The notes beneath the pieces are model-generated. The model saw only the letters and a program-made list of their open reading frames with translations. It was not told where the DNA came from and searched no databases. A stretch of DNA of 64,000 nt from Eledone cirrhosa (lineage: Eukaryota), in NCBI GenBank assembly GCA_964016885.1, contig OZ024742.1, positions 283,650,001-283,714,000 of the forward strand, given 5' to 3'. Both the position numbers and the translations under genes were made by a program. Numbering within the stretch: position 1 is the first letter of the stretch; each line of letters starts with the position of its first letter. This document shows positions 57,520 to 64,000 of the stretch, piece by piece.

Positions 57520-57624
57520 TGATACAACACACATCAATGTCCTCTATGTTGAAGTCACTCTGGCAAGGATACAATAAAAATTTACTTTCATGAGACAAAG
57601 GGACATCACTATCGTGTTTCACAC

Positions 57625-57975
57625 TGTCCCACTTTATTCAACACTGGGATGAAATAGGACACCACAACTGTGTTTTCATATGGTGGAATGGTACTGTACT
57701 GCTATAATCTATATTGTCCCATTTTATCCAACATTGGGATGAAATAGGACACCACGATTGTGTTTTCATATTGTCCCACTACATTCAACACTATTGTGGA
57801 AAGGCACAGTGCTGTTATAATTTATATTATCCCATTTTATCCAATACTGGGAGAAAATGGGACACTACTACTGTTTATTATTGTCCCACTTTTTTCAACA
57901 CTGGGTAAAGTGAGACACCACCACCAACACTACTACTACTACTATGTGAAAAGTGTGTCCTATTTCATACAACAA
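57625..57975 (+). repeat. About 55-bp degenerate minisatellite of hairpin units downstream of the THOC1 stop
   Basis: About 6 units tgtccc-a(c/t)ttt-atyca-acac-tggga-(g/a)aa(a/g)t-rggaca. Confidence 0.7.
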
Positions 57976-59769
57976 TGTTTCAATCCACTGAGAAGATTGT
58001 ACCTATTTGCTGTGTTGACCATATGTCTAGTGGTATTCCATTTGATACAGCTTCATTCATACTATTCAACTCAGCCTGTTCACACCTCTGAATGATCATG
58101 CTCTTTATGACCCTATTAAAAAGTCAGCAATATGGAAGGGAGATTTTTAGCTTCTTAACCCTTTTGATATCAGCCTGCCTGAGGCTACCTCTGGTTCTAC
58201 AATACAAAATTCCATTTTAGAATATTTTATTTAAATTTTCTCTTACTCTCAAAATTTTATTAAACCTTCTGTTGTGTTTCAAACAACAGCTCCATAGTGG
58301 AGAAATTAGTTATTTTTCTAAATCCTCCTACATTCTCAAATATTAAAAAAGTTAATTGAAACATATAGACAATGTATTTTGTTAGAAATATGGTCATAAC
58401 AGGGTTAATAGATCTGGTGTAACATATCCTGAAAAGAAAAACAACAACAAAACAAACCATTAGACTTTTATACATTTTCCAAGCTACCATATCTCTTTTC
58501 AGTTCCATCAAATGAAAAAAATAAAGATGAATAAATAAAAAAAATACGTTCCCCTGTCAAATATCTTGTCATTATTGATGTTATTGTTGTTCTTTTTTTA
58601 TCTATTGGAAAACAATGCAATTCCTGTTTTGGTTCAATTGTACCAAGCTTGGATAGCTGTAGTTTATTTAAGGTCAACACCAGTGTTCATCATCATTACT
58701 CTATCCAGGGACACCCTGCCCCTAAAACTATAACTATTTGGTGATAGCAAGGGCATCCAGCCATAGGAAACCTACCAAACAAAGAGTCTGGAAGATTCTT
58801 CAGCTGTGTCAAAGACATGGCAGTCTCCATAGTGCTGATGAGTTACATAATAAACACACCCAGTACACTCTGTAAAGTGGTTGATGATAGGAAAGGCATC
58901 CAGCTGTTGAAAACTTAACTAAAAAAGGGTTGGGAGGGCTTGTTAACCTCCCCAATGCTGATGTTATTATAAAATACACTTGATAGTGTAAGCAAGTTGT
59001 GGGCTGCTGGCCCATCTGAGTACTCAGCAGAGTGCAGGAACATGTAAGCAAGATGGAGCTGGTTCCCATCCCATCTAGGGCATCAGTACCTGGTCTGTTG
59101 ATAACCCATCCAACTCTTGCTAGCAGGGAAAGTGAACATTAAACGATGATGATTATCGTTGTTTGTTTGGATTCCTGGCAGAAAATAGGCTCTCCACACC
59201 TGTCATTCAACACATCCTGTCCTGTATTTTTCTTTTCCTTTGTTACTGTATCACCCCTGTCATCTTAATTTTTTCATATGCTGGTCTCTGCCAGGTGTTC
59301 CTGGTGTTTTACCTTCCTTTACCTCTGAGTTTCAATCCAAGGTTTGATTAACATATGGCCCCATTTATGTCTGGCTTATTCTGTTAGTTGATGAGTCCCT
59401 AAAGATCTTGTTTACAGTTTTTGGATATCTAATGTTTAGGAGTGAAGGCACATGGCTTAGTGCTTAGGATTGTTCAACTCATGATCTTACAGTTATGAGT
59501 TTGATTTTCAGCTGTGCATTGTGTCCTTGAGCAAAGCACTTTACTTCATGTTGCTCCAGCTGGTAAAAATGTGTTGTACCTGTAATTCAAAGAGTCAACC
59601 TTGTTACACTGTCTCATGCCAAAATCTCCATGATTACCTTTTTTGTTACAAGTCTGTCTACAATAACATTATACCTCTTGTGGACTCCTGTTTAACATTG
59701 TGTACATCATATAGAGTTCCTATCTACTCCTTTTCTACATATCAAGCATTGCCACATCCCTATGATCAG

Positions 59770-61190
59770 AGTTCTGCCCTCTTTGCTAGGTTTACCCTGA
59801 TCCCTTTTGATTTTGAGTTCTGTTTCCACTGTAGGAATTTCTTCTCTAGCTCTTACAGAGTTTTAGCTATAAGAACCTGGTCGTTAGCATACAGAGGTTC
59901 CCATGGAGAGCCAGTTTTAAACTCCTCCATTAAGGCTCGGAGGAGTATAATAAACAAAAGCAGGCTGAGGAGTGAGCCCTACTGCACACTGAATTCCTCT
60001 CTAAACTCATTACCTACTCTCATGGTACTGACAGCTCCTCTGTACATGGCTTGCACTGCTCTCACAAGCCACTCATCTACACCAAGTTTCCTTAAGAACC
60101 ACCAGATACAGATCATGGTACTGTATTAAAGGCTTTTCCCAGGTCAACAAAAGCTAGATAAAGCAGCTTACACATGGCTAGGAAGTACTTTTGTAATTAG
60201 TTGTCTCACTAAGAAGGCATCTGTAGTGCTCCTTCCTGGCACAAAACCAAACTGTATCTCATCTAATTTGCCTCTTTCCCTAATTAATTGTGCTAAAACT
60301 GTCACATTAGTTTTATGCTTCTGTAGTTGCTCCTTTTCCCTTGTAACAATGGTTATTCTGTCCCACCAGTCTTTGGGTACAACACCATCATGTATTACCT
60401 GATTGACTATGCAGATCACTAGTTTGACTCTAACTTCACAAATAATTCGAGCATCTCTGCGACTATCATTAACAGTTTAGCAACTTTACCAATTTTCATT
60501 TTCATCTTTACTTCTTCAGCCTTGTAACTGTCAACTTCAATAGCTGGTCTCTCTGTTGAGTTTACTAGTGTTAGTCTCTCTTCCTTCCATTCATTCTCCA
60601 CATTCATCAACCTATCATAATAATGTTTCCAAGCTTCTTTCTTCTGAGCATCAGTGAGACTAAGTGCACCAGTGCCATTTCAAACCCATTTTTTCCTAAC
60701 AACATCCTGATTTCCACTGACACTACTTTGACATGCAGAACACCCTCCATCTCCGATCCTCATGTTGCAGATCGATGGCAAACCTCCCGCTTTCAGTTTC
60801 GTTATGTGTTATGTAAATCTGTCCTGTAGCTTTTCTTTTACCTATTTGATATTGTTTTTCCCTATTTTTTCAGACTTTAGCTTTAATGACTCTGTCTACA
60901 GTGCCTTTGCTTCAGTGGTCTGCAATAGGTTGTCCCATGGGAACTTACAAGTGTTTTCTATGTCTCCTGCTCCCTCTTGTCATATGCATCCTGTAGAGCT
61001 TTTCTGAATCTATATTTAACAGTGAGATCTTTTAGCTTCCATACCTTCCTCCTATGTATTTTCCTGCATTTCTGATTTGGTCTAGTTTTTATTCTGGTGT
61101 CACTGGTGGCGTGCACATTCTTCTCCAGGAAGTAATTTAGCATTCATAACCATCTGTCTATCCAATCTTCTAATGAACAAAAAATCAATA
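59770..61190 (-). mobile_element. Old degraded RTE LINE fragment
   Basis: [38 protein letters not shown] fragments with many breaks. Confidence 0.85.
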
Positions 61191-61859
61191 TTTGTGTTTA
61201 TTCTTCATGACGTGGCACTATGTAGCAACATGGATTTGATGTTGCTATTGAAAATTTTCAGTTTAATATGTAATAGTCAAGCACTTTAGACAGAGACTTT
61301 GCCTTAAAACCCTATCTGGAAAAAAAAGGCTCTGTCCATTGTGTTGGACTGATACTTTTTTTATCTATCCCAGAAGGAGGAAATACAACGTTAACCATTT
61401 TGGGATTTGAATTCAGAATATAAAGTTATGTAAATAAATACCATAAAACATTTACTCTCTCTTTACAAATTCTGTCATTCCTTGGAAAGAAATTAATGAA
61501 GTATAACACAAAACCTTGAATTTTGGAGATGGGTACAATCATCCTAATTTATATTTTAAATACCTCTATTTTCTACTGTAGTAGTAATGTTTCCTATTAG
61601 TTCTTGAATATTATTTGTGATATCTATATATTGAATTCAAGTTTGTGGCCTGCTCTGGGGTTGCATAGGTGTTTTAATGATAGGATCCTGTGATGTGCTG
61701 AATTCAAAATATTTTCTGGACACATATTTTGCTCAGAATTGAACATGTAATCCTCCTTATTCTATTGTCATATTTACCACATACCCACATAAGTGCCCTC
61801 CCCCTCCCATCCATTCTCACTATATAATGGATTGCATGATGCAGTAAAAAGATGTCGAC

Positions 61860-62380
61860 ACCTGACTCTCTTCAACCAGTCAGTAACACACGAAGCAGCA
61901 AAATTAGTTCCATTGTCAGTAACCAAAGCAAGTGGTACTCCCTCCTAACTGAATGTCTTCCACAGCAAAAGCATCATGAATTTGGTGTTTTTGTGAGATA
62001 GATTTCTGGCCATTGGTAATAGGCGTCAATCATCACAATCACATAGTTTTGTTGGAGAAAAGAACTCTGAAGTCTTAGTTTTATTGCTTTGGCATGTTTT
62101 GAATTGTTAATATATGTGAATTGATCTCTGGCCACCATACTGTCTGACAGAAAAACAATTTCATCTTCTCAATACCAAGATGGCAGGAATGAAGATCTTC
62201 AAGTACCAGTTTACACTGTGTAGGCGAAACAATAATGTGGTCATTTGGGTAAAGGATACCATCGGGTATTTCTGAAATCTCTTCCCTTCTTCCGTAAAAG
62301 TCTGGAATTTCTTCTTCAATTGGAAGTTCCAACCCACTTTCAAAGCTTCCATAATGCTACTCTAGTATTTTCAGGTTTCA
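61860..62380 (-). mobile_element. Gypsy-type LTR retrotransposon integrase remnant
   Basis: VLEDLHSCHLGIEKMK....VWWPEINSHI (Zn-binding H2C2 region) and EGVPLALVTDNGTNF (core). Confidence 0.8.
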
Positions 62381-63014
62381 CGACAAAGATCAACATGCTA
62401 AACTGGAAGTGGCCATATTTATATGCTTAAATTACTTCAATTTAATTTAATTCATTCTAGATTATGACAATGTTTTATTATAAGGTGAGATATTGTTATA
62501 TATTCTATGTAGCATTATAATGTACATTTAAACATTTTATCTTTAATGTTTCACCTGGTGAAACTTGAACTGTTAAGGTCTCATTCCTGGATATGTCAAT
62601 ATTTATAAAACAAACTTTGTATTTTATCTGATGAGCACGTACCAAAGTTTTGGTATCTTTGAAATATATATAATAGAATAAATATGGTTTTATAAATATA
62701 GTTTCCATTTATTAATATCATTGATATTATACTCCAGAAAATTGTCGAGTGCTTCGAATCTGTTATAAATATATATATTTGTTGAATTACCAACAAATTA
62801 AATATCCCTTTCCCTATATATATATAGTTATGTAATAAACAACATAAGGCAATTATTCCATTTACCAGTGGTTTCTTAAAAGCAAAAGATTTTGCTTTCA
62901 ATCCTCAGAATGAAAAAATCCTGGACTGTTTATTGAATTTGGATTTTAAAAAACAAAAATGCAATCTATATGAAAGTGAGGCTGGAGAAAGAAGAAGGAA
63001 AGGAAAAATAAAAT

Positions 63015-63208
63015 AACACCACATGCAAACACACACACAAACACGCACACACACACACACATAAAAGCATACATACACACACATATGTGTATATAAATAC
63101 ACACATACATACATATACACATATATACATACGCACATAAATATCAACACATACATATATATACAACCACACACACATATACACACATACATACATATAG
63201 AAACATAA

Positions 63209-63247
<39 letters not shown>

Positions 63248-63629
63248 CAAGCATACACATACACAAACATAGCCATACACACATACATATACATACATAC
63301 ATACATACATGCACACAATCATACATATATACACACGTACATACATACACATACATAAATGCACTCTACATATTCACACACGCAAATAAATATAAGAAAA
63401 AATATATATAAAAAAATAAAAATTATTATAGAGTTGACAGCGATACAAACGGCGGGTAGATGAACAGACACGCGTGGTAAGTAATACACACAAATGCACG
63501 TATACATACGTACGAAATAGTGAATACATACACACACTCTCACACATAAATATACATAAACACATACATACACATACACAAATACATGCACAAACACGCA
63601 CACACACACGTATACAATTATACACACAT

Positions 63630-63672
<43 letters not shown>

Positions 63673-63815
63673 AGTATACACACACACATATACATACATA
63701 GCTATACAATTATACACATACAAATACGTACATATAAACACGCACAACCAAATACAAACACACACACATACATATATATATACATACATACACACATACA
63801 TGTGTGTGTGTGTAA
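63015..63815. repeat. CA/TA-rich compound microsatellite
   Basis: Directly visible low-complexity tract. Confidence 0.9.
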
Positions 63816-64000
63816 AACTCAGTCTTAGATAATTCAAATGAACCTTACATATACATATATATAGTAGTAAAGTAATAAAGTAATAAGCAACATAAGGCAA
63901 TTATTCCATTCACCACACCAATGGTTTCTTAAAAGCAAAAAAAATAAATTTTGCCTTCAATCTTCAGAATGAAAAAAACCTGGTCTATCTACATATACAT

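Noticed and set aside
62886-62912. Minus-strand CTGAGGA...AAAA (and CTGAAGA at about 63960)
   Set aside because: No pairing helix II and no GAAA core; insufficient for a ribozyme call.

Overview
AT-rich, repeat-dense animal genomic DNA. The C2H2-ZNF style, tRNA/CORE-type SINEs, RTE LINEs and (TA)n/(CA)n load suggest an octopod cephalopod (inference). There are two host genes, both on +. The first is a ZNF gene with one coding exon and 23 C2H2 units (4146-6368). The second is THOC1/HPR1 (THO complex subunit 1), which I assembled by hand as 20 GT-AG coding exons from 11434 to 57300 (1962 nt, 653 aa); its last exon is exactly duplicated in tandem. The introns hold RTE, CR1 and CRE LINE fragments, SINEs, four non-autonomous Helitrons, MITEs and Gypsy remnants. 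The most unusual signal is a recurring class of small fold-back elements sitting in (TA)n tracts. Their palindromes are mirrored at the apex of helix II of a hammerhead ribozyme, so only the GAAA/helix III/cleavage-site half survives, and they share a short tail motif. Three complete or near-complete hammerhead motifs lie nearby, one with a U3-A8 covariant core in sense orientation in the last THOC1 intron. These look like Penelope-like retroelement derivatives (inference). All coordinates were read by eye and no searches were run.
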